Below, in pieces: positions 31,524 to 42,739 of a stretch of DNA of 64,000 bases. This stretch comes from Terriglobia bacterium (lineage in GTDB: Bacteria > Acidobacteriota > Terriglobia > 2-12-FULL-54-10). Within the stretch, counting starts at the first letter, position 1, and each line of letters starts with the position of its first letter. Both the position numbers and the translations under genes were made by a program. The stretch is taken from the NCBI GenBank assembly GCA_963666975.2, contig CAXVYR010000004.1:64001-128000 (forward strand). Direction: 5' to 3'. The notes under the pieces were generated by a model that did not search any database, was not told the origin of the DNA, and saw only the letters and a program-made list of their open reading frames with translations.

Positions 31524-31939
31524 ATGCCGCCGCCCCCATCAAAAATTCCTGTTACATGGATTGTCCCAGCATTGGGGAAACCTCCCGCAAGGGCTGCCGC
31601 ATCGTCCAAAAACGCCTTCGTTCCCCAAAAAGAATTGAGCAAAAAAGGAGAACCGCTTGTCGCGAACATCGTAATCGGCGAGGCGAGACTTCCGGCCTCT
31701 TCCGAAATGTAAACGGTGCTCCCGTCCATATTAGGTACGCACCCACCAAAGGCGCATAGGCCCGGGGTGTCAACGGTGTGAAAATGTCCCGAAGAAAAGG
31801 TGAAGCCCTCCGTCGTCAAGCTGGAAATTTCAGGGTTACCGAAACTAGCTACTGAATCGAATGTAATCGGATCGGCAATGGCAGGCACTGCCATCAGCAC
31901 TGCCACCATCCAGAGTAACAATCTGTACATGGCTACCAT
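31524..31939 (-). pseudogene. Exported protein (PEP-CTERM-like N-terminus), truncated by IS3 copy 2
   Basis: Signal peptide ..AVPAIA-DPITFD; the ORF runs into the IS TIR. Confidence 0.55.
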
Positions 31940-32227
31940 CCCTATTGTGTAAAGACGAAATAATCCCTACTGGTCCATAGGCAATTAGCAGACCACTGCT
32001 CGCCAAGCTTCTTGCCAGAAAATAAAGAAGATACGGAATCGCCCGGCAGGCCAATCGAAGTGGTTGTCCCAACAATGGGGATAAAACAGTAATCAAATTC
32101 CTTTTTTGCCATTTACAGCAGGTTGAAAAGGAAAAACCGGAATGAACCCTTGAGCACGCTCAGGATGGGCACACTTTGCAGGGGAAGGGGCTGCAAAGTG
32201 AAAAAGGAAGCGATACTCCCGAAAGTT

Positions 32228-32469
32228 GGCATTGTCAAGTTAACGGCGCGAAGGCGGTTTTGCCCTGGAGATCGTCCGAGGTTTCTCCTTTTCAGCAGGC
32301 ACACGTCGCCGTCTTCCAGTCAGTGAAAGCTCGCTCCCGCAGGAGTCGATGATGGATCGCTTTGAGATGATGACGTGCGACCCGGAACAGGTTGTGAATC
32401 GGGCCGTGGACCGAGAGGAATCGTTGAAGCTGTGCCGCTGATTGGAATCGACGCATCTGGCGTTCCTGC
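32228..32469 (-). mobile_element. IS6-family 3' remnant
   Basis: QERQMRRFQSAAQLQRFLSVHGPIHNLFR...; TIR GGCATTGTCAAGTT at 32228. Confidence 0.8.
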
Positions 32470-33673
32470 GGTGCTTCCGCAATCCGGTGTTGTTAAGCAG
32501 CCATGGAGGTGACCAAGGCTTCCCGCCTCGGAGGATTCGTGTGAACGATGAGCACACAGACGATTCTGACCAAGGACAAAAAGTTCGGGATGGACGTGAA
32601 AACATCACGGAACGTCAGCCTCTTTTTGGTCAGGCCTGCCTGCATTGCCGGCGTTCTGACTTCGCGCCCGAACTTCAGAGCCTGATGGGGTCTGAGGAAA
32701 TTGTAATGGCATCGCAGCAGCTCCAGATGATCTTCCAGCCGCTGCGTTCGCCGAGCGTGACTGAGGGTCCGACGCCCGAGGTAGGCCGATAGCTGTCGGA
32801 TCGTTAGATTCAACCGTTCGATGTAGGAAGTATTGAGCTTCCGCGAATCCTCCGAGTCGCGCCACACCTCCTTCCAACGCCAAGCCGCACCGATTCTAGC
32901 TTTCCGTTGCACTTTGACCACGCGATCATTCCTTCGTTTCTTGATGACCTGGCCGTACAGGCAAGCGACGCCAAAGATTCGCCGAACAACTTGCCGATAG
33001 AACTTGAAGCCGTCCGTAGCGATCAGGGGGAGATGACTTCCCGCAGACCGAGCGCAAAGCTCTCGAAACAAGGTGAGCGTGTTGCGATAGCTCCGCCTCC
33101 CGACGACCGTAGCCGTCCAGAGACGAGACCAGACTTCAATGGAAGCGAAGATCCAAACAGGCGGACGCTCATTCCCACCGACCATTGCGCGGATCTCATC
33201 GGCCTGCAGTTCGCGGATTCGGATCCTTGTAATCCTTCGATCGTTGAATCGGCGACCGGCGGCAGCGGCTTTCTCCAGCCAGCGATCCACCGTGTTCCAA
33301 GCAATCTGCTGGACTCGGGCAATCGAGGATTTGTTCACTCCTTCGACGCTGAGAGCAGCGACTTCATCGAAGGTAGCTCGGCGATGCTGGAGCCGGTGAT
33401 AGACGGTTCCCCGGTTCCGGCAGAAGGTCCTGCGGCACATCTTGCATCGGAACCGACGGCGGCGGCCCCAGCGGGTTGGGTAGAATCCAAAACGAACGAT
33501 CATTCCCAAAGAGGGTTTTGTTCGCAGTAAACAATTCGCGTTTGGACAGCGGAGACTCTTCATGGCGTTTGGACCCGTTCGTCAGTAGAACTGATGAACT
33601 CAAAAATAGGTCTTAAACCATATCACATGAACGGGTTACAATCGCCTGAACAACAATTGTTTGCGGAAGCACC
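32470..33673 (-). mobile_element. IS1-family-like element
   Basis: Perfect 13-bp TIR GGTGCTTCCGCAA/TTGCGGAAGCACC around the transposase gene. Confidence 0.8.
32493..33563 (-). CDS. IS1-family transposase (Zn ribbon, HTH, DDE)
   Basis: CPNANC..CKMC, QADE, TDG, NTSYIERLNLTIR. Confidence 0.82.
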   Translation of the reverse strand: MKSLRCPNANCLLRTKPSLGMIVRFGFYPTRWGRRRRFRCKMCRRTFCRNRGTVYHRLQHRRATFDEVAALSVEGVNKSSIARVQQIAWNTVDRWLEKAAAAGRRFNDRRITRIRIRELQADEIRAMVGGNERPPVWIFASIEVWSRLWTATVVGRRSYRNTLTLFRELCARSAGSHLPLIATDGFKFYRQVVRRIFGVACLYGQVIKKRRNDRVVKVQRKARIGAAWRWKEVWRDSEDSRKLNTSYIERLNLTIRQLSAYLGRRTLSHARRTQRLEDHLELLRCHYNFLRPHQALKFGREVRTPAMQAGLTKKRLTFRDVFTSIPNFLSLVRIVCVLIVHTNPPRREALVTSMAA

Positions 33674-33744
33674 GCAATGCTGATTGCGGACTGGAAAACC
33701 AGAAGAGACAAGTGGAGGATTCTTGCTGCGTAGGAGGAGGACCC

Positions 33745-35622
33745 ATGCATAGAACATTGATAGTACTAAACCTGGTTTTGTTGTGCAGTATAGTTGGGAA
33801 GGCCCAACAGACGGACGTAGCAGCCAAGCTAGGTTATCCCCAGATGATCGTTTACAACGGCAAGATCGTAACGGTGGATGATGCCTCCTTTGAGTCACAG
33901 GTGGGGACCATAGTGCAGGCGATGGCGATCCGGGACGGTAAGATTCTGACGACGGGGAACAATGCAGAGATTCAGGCTCTGACCGGGCCGCAGACCCAAT
34001 CGATTGACCTCCAGGGTAGAACGGTGCTGCCGAGCTTCATCATGACCCACGAGCATCCCACCGACTGGGCCTTTCAGGAGCCCAAAGCCATCACGCATGT
34101 TTTGCCCAACGACGATGTGATCATCCATCGGTGGTTGCCGAACCTTCCACCCAGGGAACAATTTGCGCAGTTTGAGCCGACGTTGAGGGAGGCGGTGGCG
34201 AAGGCGAAACCCGGACAATGGATTCTGATCAGCTTCAATTGGGGGCCGGAATACCAGTGGGCCACGGAGATGCAGCCCTTTTTTCGAAGATCCGTCACCA
34301 AGGAATATCTCGATGTGGTGGCTCCGAACAACCCGCTGAAGGTAAAGAATGGGTTTATCACCTCGGTGGTAAACCAGAAAGCCATTGACGAGTTGCGCTC
34401 GGTTCATCCCACGCTGGACGCTATTTCAGCTACGCCAGAGGGTGTCGAGCAATATCTGAAAACCGGCGGTGGATTCAGCCGACCGATGGAACCGGATGCG
34501 ATGTTCAAGGGTAAGACCGCGCTGCTGGCTGATATCCTCAAGGCCGAAATGGAGTTGTGGTCCAGCCTGGGGACTACGACCTATGGTTCCTCTCCTTACG
34601 CATATCACAACTACCAGGCCTTGGACTATTTGGACAAAAAAGGGGAGATGCCGGCTCGCTTCGCCTGGGACTATACGGGGCCCGATTGGGGCATGGATAT
34701 GTTGCGGTACCTGGCAGGCTCATTGGGACACGGGACCGACCACCTCTGGTTGATTGGGGCGCGGGATGCTCCCGGGAGTAACTGTATGAGTGTTCCCATT
34801 CGGCCGGAGTGGCAAGCAGCACAGGGGCAGCAGGCCACTGGCGGGCTGTCGCGGTGCAATTTTGGCCCCGGAGGACGCGGCAGGGAAATTCTGGAGCGGA
34901 TTGTCAAGAGCGGGTTGCGGATAGGCGGGTTGCATAGCGGTGGAGACAAAGACATCGATTATCTGATGGACGTGATCGAGCAGGCCAGCCAGGAAATGGG
35001 CTTCACCCTGGAGGAAATCCGCGCCAAGCGCCATGCCTTTGACCATAGTGCGGAGGCCCCCCGGCCAGATCAGATCCCCCGCATTAAAAAGCTGGGGATG
35101 ATGGTAAGCCAGATCAATACCATTTTGTGGGAGACGCACCGCGGAGCGTCGGTGACCGCCAAGAAGTATGGGATTGAGTACACCGACTGGGTGGTGCCCC
35201 GGAAGAGTTTGACCGAGGCGGGGGTGATGACCACCTTCGAGATCGACCGGCCCTTACCCCACAAGGTGTTTTTCTTCATTACCAAAGGGATGAATCGGTA
35301 CAATGACCGGGACCAGAGGGTCTATGGGCCGAACCAGAGGACGGACCGAATTGTCCAACTGAAGGCCCTGACGGTGTGGGGAGGCTATTACGTCTTGCGG
35401 GAAAACCTGCTGGGTACGCTGGAGCCGGGTAAGTTTGCGGATTTCATCGTGCTGGATCGGGACTTCCTGACGGTCCCGGAGGCGGAAATCCCCGACACGA
35501 CGGTGTTGATGACGGTGGTGGGCGGCAAGACGGTGCATTTGGGCGCTTCGCTAGCGAGGGAGATCGGGATGCAGCCGGTGGGTCCGAGCACCTGGAAAGA
35601 AACGATCCCCGAAGGTTGGTAG
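33745..35622 (+). CDS. Exported metal-dependent amidohydrolase, paralog 2
   Basis: AGGAGG RBS, signal peptide, THEH, GTLEPGKFADFIVLDRD. Confidence 0.85.
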   Translation: MHRTLIVLNLVLLCSIVGKAQQTDVAAKLGYPQMIVYNGKIVTVDDASFESQVGTIVQAMAIRDGKILTTGNNAEIQALTGPQTQSIDLQGRTVLPSFIMTHEHPTDWAFQEPKAITHVLPNDDVIIHRWLPNLPPREQFAQFEPTLREAVAKAKPGQWILISFNWGPEYQWATEMQPFFRRSVTKEYLDVVAPNNPLKVKNGFITSVVNQKAIDELRSVHPTLDAISATPEGVEQYLKTGGGFSRPMEPDAMFKGKTALLADILKAEMELWSSLGTTTYGSSPYAYHNYQALDYLDKKGEMPARFAWDYTGPDWGMDMLRYLAGSLGHGTDHLWLIGARDAPGSNCMSVPIRPEWQAAQGQQATGGLSRCNFGPGGRGREILERIVKSGLRIGGLHSGGDKDIDYLMDVIEQASQEMGFTLEEIRAKRHAFDHSAEAPRPDQIPRIKKLGMMVSQINTILWETHRGASVTAKKYGIEYTDWVVPRKSLTEAGVMTTFEIDRPLPHKVFFFITKGMNRYNDRDQRVYGPNQRTDRIVQLKALTVWGGYYVLRENLLGTLEPGKFADFIVLDRDFLTVPEAEIPDTTVLMTVVGGKTVHLGASLAREIGMQPVGPSTWKETIPEGW

Positions 35623-35708
35623 AGTGTATGGAAATGCGAAGCGATTACAATTCTTGGGATAAGGTTTTATCAGTGCAAGTGCAGGACATGCGCGCGCACA
35701 GATCGGTA

Positions 35709-38700
35709 ATGCAAAGTTTGACTCTGTCCACAACACTTCTGATCATGCTGCTTTTCTTGCCGGTAACAGGGGTGTCGGCACAGGCCACCCTGGCCACGTT
35801 GCGTGGCACGGTGCAGGATCAGTCAGGGGCTCCCCTCCCGGGAGCCACTGTGGTGACGAAAAACCTGGAGACGAGATTGAGCCGTACCGTCAGCAGCGAC
35901 GCAGAGGGACGGTTTGAAGTCCAACGATTGCTTCCTGGTACTTACGAAGTCCAGGCTTCCCAGGCTGGCTTTGTAAGCCAGTTGAAGGAAGGGTTGGAAC
36001 TAGGCGCGGAGCAATTGATGACCCTAGACTTCATGCTGGAAACAGGTTCTGGACCTCAGGAGCAGAGCACCCAAGGCATAGGCAGCGAAGCGGCAGAATC
36101 CTCCTCCGCCACCACCAATCGGATCAGTGAGAGCCAACTGGTAGGGCTCCCTCTAAACGGTCGCAGCTACACCCAGCTAGCCACGCTCGAGGCTGGCGTC
36201 AGTGATACCACCGCTGCATCTTCCTCCAGAGGCATTGGAGGAGGAGGTCTCACAATATCCGGAGGCCGTCGCACATCCAATGTTTTTTTGCTGGATGGGA
36301 CTAACATTATGAATTTGCGTAACGAAGCCCCCCGGAGTGCCGCGGGAGTTCAGCTTGGTTCGGACGCGGTGCTGCAGGTACAGGTTTTTAGCACGAACTA
36401 CTCCGCGGGATACGGCAGGAGCAGTGGCGGAATTATGAACTCCATTACCCGTTCCGGAACACCGGAGTTTCATGCCACGTTCTTTGAATATTTCCGTAAC
36501 AGCAAGCTGGACGCGCGTAATTTCTTTGATCCTGGTGCGGAGCCGCCGCCTTTCAAGCGCAACCAGTTCGGCTTCGTGCTGACGGGTCCGGTGCGGAAGG
36601 ACCGGACCTTCTTTATGGCGAGCTTCGAGGGGCTGCGCGATCGGCTGGCAGAGACAGATGTTAGCACTTTCCTTGATGCGGATGCGAGAAACGGGATCAT
36701 CACCGATGAGCATGGGGAAAAAATTGGGGAAGTAACGATCCACCCCAAGGTGGCCGAGTATTTGAAGCTTTTTCCGATTCCGAATTCCACCCGGCTGGGC
36801 GGCGGGGTAAGGGAAAACCGGACTCCTCGGTTTCTGCCGACGGATGAGGATTTTATTACCGTTCGTCTGGATCACCAGATTTCTGAGCGAGACAGTCTGT
36901 TTGGGCGCTATACCTTCGACGACGCCAACAGCATCGGTGGTGGAACCACGTTTTTGTTCCAAAGACAGCGAAATAGCCGGCAACAATATTTGACTTTGGT
37001 GGAAACCCATATTTTTAGCCCCAGCACTCTGAATTCTTTTCGTTTCGGATATACCCGACCGGTCGATGCTTCTGCTAATATTTCCTTAATTGAAATTCCT
37101 CGCGAGTTGTTTTTCGTTCCAGATGCTCCGGATTTCGGGCAGCTAGACATTCCCCGGTTAAGCACTTTTGGCCCTCAATCAGGAGGACCTCAAGCGACGA
37201 CAGTGAACACATTTCAGTTTGCCGACGACGTTGTATTACAGAGAGGGAGCCACGCGCTCAAATTCGGAGTTCAATTACATCGCTACCGTTGGGATACGTT
37301 CTCGAGCTCGAACAAGGGGGGCAGATGGTCGTTCAACAGCTTGGAGAGCTTTCTTGAACTGCGAGAGGAAGAGACTACTAACCTGACAGTAGTTCTGCCC
37401 GGCTCCGATAACAGCCAGGCGTGGCGCCAAACTTTGCTAGGTTTCTATTTTCAGGATGCCTACAACCTTAAGCCGAATCTGCAACTCGATCTAGGACTTC
37501 GGTACGAGTTCTCTACACTCATTCACGACAAGAACGGTAAATCCATCTTCGTTGCGGACCCATTTCGTGATACCGGGCCACAAATCGGTCCGTACCTGGA
37601 TCATAATCCCTCGCTGCGCAATCTTTCGCCTCGTGTGGGAATTAGTTGGACTCCCGGAAGCAGTGGGAATACGCAAATTAGAGCTGGCGGTGGTATTTAC
37701 TACGATCAATTGCTTCCGTTCGTGATCAGCTCGGCAAAAGCCACGGCTCCTTTTTACAAAAAAACTGTGCGTACTAATTTTGACGCCTCAGACGTTTTCC
37801 CGGACGCAGTAGCCGCTGTGGAGGGAGTGGCTTTGCAAGCTCAGGTCATGGATTACCACAATTTCACCACTTCCAGGATCTTCCGCTACAACTTCCAGAT
37901 CCAGCAGCAGCTACCAGGCGGTTGGCCTGTCCAGGCATCCTACGTAGGGGCTCGGGGGAACCATTTATTTCGAAAGTACGAAGCCAATCTGTATCCATTC
38001 CCAATCATTCAAGATGACGGATCGCTTTTTTTTCCTCCCGATGCAGGCCCAATCAATCCAGCTTTTTCCGGAGGGTTGACTATCGTGAGCAGCGATGCGC
38101 AGTCCTTCTACAATTCGTTTCGTCTTGCCACGAACAAGAGCTTCAACCAGGGAATCTCGCTACGAGCTAGCTACACATACAGCAAATCGGTGGACGATGG
38201 TTCTCGCGCATCAAATACCGATATGTGGCAGTATCCTTACCTGCGTACGCTAGAACGAGGTCTTTCCGACTTCGACATTCGTCACCGCTTGGTTTTCAAC
38301 TACTTTTACACTTTGCCTTTTGGAAGCAGTCAACGTTATGCGCAATCGGGCTTTCTGGCGCGCGTTTTCGGAGGCTGGCGCATGGGAGGAATCCTTCGGT
38401 TCCGCACCGGGACGCCTTTTACACCGGGAGTCAGGCTTCGCACGGCGGGCTTTCTGTTTGCTCCTACAAAACCGAATCTGCTTCCGGGTAAAAGCAAGAA
38501 CCCCGTCAATGGCGTGACCGCGGGCTGCGGCGATGCAGTACCAGCTGGCCAAGAGCTGGGAAGCCCCGATCGCTATTTCGACCCCTGCGTGTATGGTGTT
38601 CCGGATTCAGGCACTCTCGGCAATGCCGGTCGCAACACGATCATTAACCCTAGCGTCTTCAATATAGATGCTTCCCTTCAGAAAGAGCTTTCCTTGGGAG

Positions 38701-38888
38701 GTGACCGGAGTTTACAGTTTCGAGCCGAGTTCTTCAATCTACTAAACCACACCAATTTCAGCGGACCTAGGGGTTCGTCCTCCGATGTCTTTACAGGTAG
38801 TGGTCGCATTAACCGTTCCGTGGGCAGGATTAGCCGCACCGCCACCACTGCCCGGCAGATTCAGTTCGCCTTGCGATTCTCGTTTTAG
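35709..38888 (+). CDS. TonB-dependent receptor, Oar/Acidobacterial type with N-terminal CarboxypepD_reg domain
   Basis: GTVQDQSGAPLPGA, LPLNGR, FRNSKLDARNFF, RQIQFALRFSF. Confidence 0.9.
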   Translation: MQSLTLSTTLLIMLLFLPVTGVSAQATLATLRGTVQDQSGAPLPGATVVTKNLETRLSRTVSSDAEGRFEVQRLLPGTYEVQASQAGFVSQLKEGLELGAEQLMTLDFMLETGSGPQEQSTQGIGSEAAESSSATTNRISESQLVGLPLNGRSYTQLATLEAGVSDTTAASSSRGIGGGGLTISGGRRTSNVFLLDGTNIMNLRNEAPRSAAGVQLGSDAVLQVQVFSTNYSAGYGRSSGGIMNSITRSGTPEFHATFFEYFRNSKLDARNFFDPGAEPPPFKRNQFGFVLTGPVRKDRTFFMASFEGLRDRLAETDVSTFLDADARNGIITDEHGEKIGEVTIHPKVAEYLKLFPIPNSTRLGGGVRENRTPRFLPTDEDFITVRLDHQISERDSLFGRYTFDDANSIGGGTTFLFQRQRNSRQQYLTLVETHIFSPSTLNSFRFGYTRPVDASANISLIEIPRELFFVPDAPDFGQLDIPRLSTFGPQSGGPQATTVNTFQFADDVVLQRGSHALKFGVQLHRYRWDTFSSSNKGGRWSFNSLESFLELREEETTNLTVVLPGSDNSQAWRQTLLGFYFQDAYNLKPNLQLDLGLRYEFSTLIHDKNGKSIFVADPFRDTGPQIGPYLDHNPSLRNLSPRVGISWTPGSSGNTQIRAGGGIYYDQLLPFVISSAKATAPFYKKTVRTNFDASDVFPDAVAAVEGVALQAQVMDYHNFTTSRIFRYNFQIQQQLPGGWPVQASYVGARGNHLFRKYEANLYPFPIIQDDGSLFFPPDAGPINPAFSGGLTIVSSDAQSFYNSFRLATNKSFNQGISLRASYTYSKSVDDGSRASNTDMWQYPYLRTLERGLSDFDIRHRLVFNYFYTLPFGSSQRYAQSGFLARVFGGWRMGGILRFRTGTPFTPGVRLRTAGFLFAPTKPNLLPGKSKNPVNGVTAGCGDAVPAGQELGSPDRYFDPCVYGVPDSGTLGNAGRNTIINPSVFNIDASLQKELSLGGDRSLQFRAEFFNLLNHTNFSGPRGSSSDVFTGSGRINRSVGRISRTATTARQIQFALRFSF

Positions 38889-38965
38889 GCAGGGAAACTT
38901 TTTCTCGTGCTAGATTCATCTGATCCCGGATTTCTGACCTGACGGCTCTTCTTGCACCCAATGTC

Positions 38966-40282
38966 TCACCTTACCAGTATTGTGCGCTCACGAAGCCAGT
39001 CCAGCAGCAGAGGAGCATAGCCGGGCACAAAGCGCTTCAGCGTCGGGTATTCTTCTCTCGTGCCCGTCCGCGCTTCAAGAAGCATGTGATTGCCGCTGGG
39101 GAAAATCTTGATAGTGTAGTCGGCGACCTCTCCTTCTTGCAGGGCTACTCTCCATTTTTCGGCGTTCTGGTCAGGAAGCACGGTCTGGTCCAAACCCCCG
39201 AATAACGCCAGCACCGGCACTTGAAGTTTTGCGATAACCGGTCCGGGGGCGTAATCCATCGGGAGGCGCCGCCAATGCTCGAACATCCAGCTATTCGCCG
39301 AAGGCGGCACATGAGCGTGCGGAAACCATTTCGTCTTCCTGGATGTCTCTGCGGCTGCTTGGAAATCTTCCCAACTTAGCTTGCCGCGAGTCACTTGATC
39401 GAGAAGTTTCCTCAAAGCCAGGGCCTCCTGAACCGCATTTTCGGAGAACCCCCTGGCGTGCAGGTTGCGGGCTAGCTGCCCCAATTCCACCTCCGCCGGA
39501 CTCATGGCAGGGCCGGAAACGCTAATCACGAATGCGATGTCGTTTGACTGGGAAGCTGCCAGCGGAGCAACCCATCCTCCCTGGCTGGCGCCGAACACGC
39601 CGATCTTCTTTGAATCGATCTCCTTTCGGCTCTGCAGGAATTTGACGGCGGCTAGTGCATCCCCAGCCAGCTCTTCCAGACTGACGATGTGCCAGTCCCC
39701 CGTCGAACCTCCCACGCCGCGTTTGTCGTAGCTCAGGAGGGCTATTCCGTGGCGAACGAGGAAGTGGACGATAGGAAGCACGGTATTGCGATCCCCAGCG
39801 CCCGAGCCGTGAATGAGCACCATTGCGGGGTGGACCCCTTCCCCAGAGGGAGCAAATAAGATTCCCTCCAGAATGATCCCTCCGCTCCGGAAGCGCACTA
39901 TCTCCCGCTTGTAAGCTTCTAGCCTCCTGGCAGTCCGATCCGGAAATCCGTTTTGTTGCCGGACTAGGCTTGTAACCTCGCCTTCAGAATTCTGGACAAA
40001 GGTGATTTGCAGTTCGGTGGGAGTGAAAACAAGCAGGCCGGGACCCGCTGAGAATATACTCTCTGATATAGGAATAAGCGCTCTAAGCTGCCCCTTCTCA
40101 TCGGAATACGCCAGTTTAGTTGCATCTCCCGGCCAAGGTTGGATGTATACAAACTGTTCTGGAGAAAGCTCGTAAACCCCGGAAAACTTCTCCAAGTCCG
40201 TTAAGCGGACCTTTTCTTGGGCCCTTGCATGCACGGCCAAAATTGCCGCCGCTATTAAAACTATTGATGCAACACGTCCCAT
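38966..40282 (-). CDS. Exported alpha/beta hydrolase (S9/S15-like)
   Basis: IHGSG, YDKRGVG, GASQGG nucleophile elbow, GGLD, GNH; start uncertain. Confidence 0.85.
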   Translation of the reverse strand: MGRVASIVLIAAAILAVHARAQEKVRLTDLEKFSGVYELSPEQFVYIQPWPGDATKLAYSDEKGQLRALIPISESIFSAGPGLLVFTPTELQITFVQNSEGEVTSLVRQQNGFPDRTARRLEAYKREIVRFRSGGIILEGILFAPSGEGVHPAMVLIHGSGAGDRNTVLPIVHFLVRHGIALLSYDKRGVGGSTGDWHIVSLEELAGDALAAVKFLQSRKEIDSKKIGVFGASQGGWVAPLAASQSNDIAFVISVSGPAMSPAEVELGQLARNLHARGFSENAVQEALALRKLLDQVTRGKLSWEDFQAAAETSRKTKWFPHAHVPPSANSWMFEHWRRLPMDYAPGPVIAKLQVPVLALFGGLDQTVLPDQNAEKWRVALQEGEVADYTIKIFPSGNHMLLEARTGTREEYPTLKRFVPGYAPLLLDWLRERTILVR

Positions 40283-40653
40283 CTTTCTAAGCCTCGAATA
40301 GAGGACAGCCATTGGATGCGATAACGAACCTGGAAGGATTGCCGCTTGCGACATATAAAACGGTTTCCTCAAGATACCACTCATTCTATACCGGTGGACC
40401 AGTGTTTGAATGGTTCCCGTGATTGTAGCAATTTGCATGTTCGTTCAGGCGCATATCTGTTACTGGATGGGAAGGTAAGCAATTCTTCCCATCCCATCCC
40501 CGCTTGCCGGCCGTTACCAGGGGATCGAACTGCAACAGGAAAAAGCCTTGGAGCACATGAAACGTTCCCCTGTTGAGTCTTGGAAAGAATCGCAGAAGGG
40601 CATCCGCATCACCGGCCACGCAGCACGATCCGTCACGTATCACTGATCATTAA

Positions 40654-42624
40654 TCACAGATCACTCATGACTGCTTTTCCCGGCGCATCTTTTCCCGACG
40701 CTTCCAGGGCGCGCGTAGTTTGCTCCCACTCTTTCATCATTTCATCCAAACGAGCGCGGCACTGGTCAATGCACCCGGAAAGACGTATGGATTCCTCTGA
40801 ACTCTTGAAGTGTGCGAGTTCCAGTTGGCATGCGGTGATTTCCGCTTCACAGCGGACGATCTCTTCCTCCAACTCGTCGCGGCGCTCCTTCATTTTTCGG
40901 ACCAGCAGGGGATTGAGCTTCTTCGTCCGTGTTCCCGGCTCTTTAGGTTTCTCAAACGCCCGCAATTCCCCGGTGGGCTGCGATTCGCCGATGGAAGCCG
41001 CCTGTCGGGCCGCATGGCTCTCCTTTTGCCATAGATAGTCTTCGTAATTGCCCGGATAATCTCGGAGATTGCCGCCCTCGATCTCAAAAATGCGAGTGGC
41101 CAGATGGTCAATGAAGTAACGGTCGTGGGAGACGAAGACCACCGTTCCGGTGAACTCCTGCAGCGCTTCGAGCATCACATCCTTGGCGCGCAGGTCGAGG
41201 TGATTGGTGGGTTCATCGAGCAGCAGAAAATTCTTCGGCTGCAGCAGCAGGCGCGCGAGCGCATAGCGGTTGCGCTCGCCGCCCGAAAGCACGCTGATGC
41301 GCTTGAAGACATCGTCATCGGAAAACAAGAAGCAGCCGAGCAGCGTGCGCAGTTGTGTCTGGCCGCTGAGGAGGGCGGGCGCGACGCTCGCGAGATCATC
41401 GAGCAGGCGGGCGCCGAGGTCGAGCGCTTTGTACTGGTCCTGCGCGAAATAATCCACTTCCACGTTGTGTCCCAGGCGGCATTCTCCGGCGGTTGCCGTT
41501 TCCGTGCCCGCCAGAAGCTTGATGAGCGTGGACTTTCCAGCGCCGTTGACACCCACCAGGCCCACACGGTCCCTGCGGTTGATGACGAAGTTCACATCGT
41601 CAAACACCTGCTTCCCGCCATAACTTTTGGAAACGCCGCGAAACTCGGCCACCATGCGCCCGCTCGCGGGAGGCTGGGGAAACGAGAAGTGGATGGTCTT
41701 TTCCTCTGCGGGCAACTCGATCCTTTCGATCTTCTCCAACTCCTTAACGCGGCTCTGCACCTGCTTTGCCTTGGTGGCCTGATAGCGAAAGCGATTGATG
41801 AAGGTTTCGAGATGCTGAATCCGCTTCTGCTGGTTGCGGTAGGCCGCCTCAAGCTGCGTGCGGCGCTCTGTTTTCTGTGTGAGGTACTTCTCGTAGTTGC
41901 CGCTGTAACTATAGACGCGGCGGTTCCAGATTTCGAAGATCTGATTCACCGTGGCGTCCAGAAAATAGCGGTCGTGGGAGACCAGGACAAACGCGAAGGG
42001 ATAATCCTTCAGGTACTGCTCCAGCCAGTTGCGCGCCTCCAGATCGAGGTGGTTTGTAGGCTCATCGAGCAGCAGGAGATTGGGCTTGCTCAGCAAAAGC
42101 TTGGCCAGCGCCAAACGCATCTGCCACCCGCCGGAAAGCTCTTGTGTGGGGCGGTTCGCGTCCTCGGAGGAAAAGCTCAGGCCCTGGAGCACCGCGCTGG
42201 CCTGCGCTTCCAGCGAGTAGCCTTGGCGTCCCTGGAATTCGGTCTCAATCCGGTGGTAGCGCTCAGTGACTCGCTGGAATTCATCACTCTGCGGATCCAC
42301 CTCCGCCATCCGGTGCGTGAGGGTTTCCATCTCTTTTTCCATTTCCAGCAAGTCCCCAAAAACGGAGAGACATTCTTCCAAGACCGTGCGCCCGGAGAGC
42401 GAGAGGCCATCCTGGGGAAGATAACCGGTGGCAATCGCTTTGGCGGCGGAAAGGGAGCCCTCATCGAGTGATTCGATGCCCGCCAGCACTTTCAGCAAGG
42501 TGGATTTGCCCGTCCCGTTCCCGCCCACCAGACCTACTCGATCCTTTGGGTTGACGAGCCAGTCGAGACCTTCGAAAAGGATTTTGGAGCTGAAGGATTT
42601 TCCAGCCGCAGAAAGTCGAATCAT
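40654..42624 (-). CDS. ABC-F family ATPase
   Basis: Two ABC domains (GGNGTGKST/LSGGW; GVNGAGKST/LSGGE), DEPTNHLD twice, no transmembrane segments. Confidence 0.92.
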   Translation of the reverse strand: MIRLSAAGKSFSSKILFEGLDWLVNPKDRVGLVGGNGTGKSTLLKVLAGIESLDEGSLSAAKAIATGYLPQDGLSLSGRTVLEECLSVFGDLLEMEKEMETLTHRMAEVDPQSDEFQRVTERYHRIETEFQGRQGYSLEAQASAVLQGLSFSSEDANRPTQELSGGWQMRLALAKLLLSKPNLLLLDEPTNHLDLEARNWLEQYLKDYPFAFVLVSHDRYFLDATVNQIFEIWNRRVYSYSGNYEKYLTQKTERRTQLEAAYRNQQKRIQHLETFINRFRYQATKAKQVQSRVKELEKIERIELPAEEKTIHFSFPQPPASGRMVAEFRGVSKSYGGKQVFDDVNFVINRRDRVGLVGVNGAGKSTLIKLLAGTETATAGECRLGHNVEVDYFAQDQYKALDLGARLLDDLASVAPALLSGQTQLRTLLGCFLFSDDDVFKRISVLSGGERNRYALARLLLQPKNFLLLDEPTNHLDLRAKDVMLEALQEFTGTVVFVSHDRYFIDHLATRIFEIEGGNLRDYPGNYEDYLWQKESHAARQAASIGESQPTGELRAFEKPKEPGTRTKKLNPLLVRKMKERRDELEEEIVRCEAEITACQLELAHFKSSEESIRLSGCIDQCRARLDEMMKEWEQTTRALEASGKDAPGKAVMSDL

Positions 42625-42739
42625 ATGATGTGCCCGGTGTCTGCCAAACCGTCCAAGACGCGGAGCAGCTTGCTCGTTTCTCTCTTTTACTATAGCAGGC
42701 ATGGACGTTCATCGCGCGACAGGAGCGGCGCAGCGCAGG

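Noticed and set aside
33661-33744. N-terminal extension of amidohydrolase paralog 2
   Set aside because: It begins inside the IS1 TIR; the strong RBS points to ATG 33745
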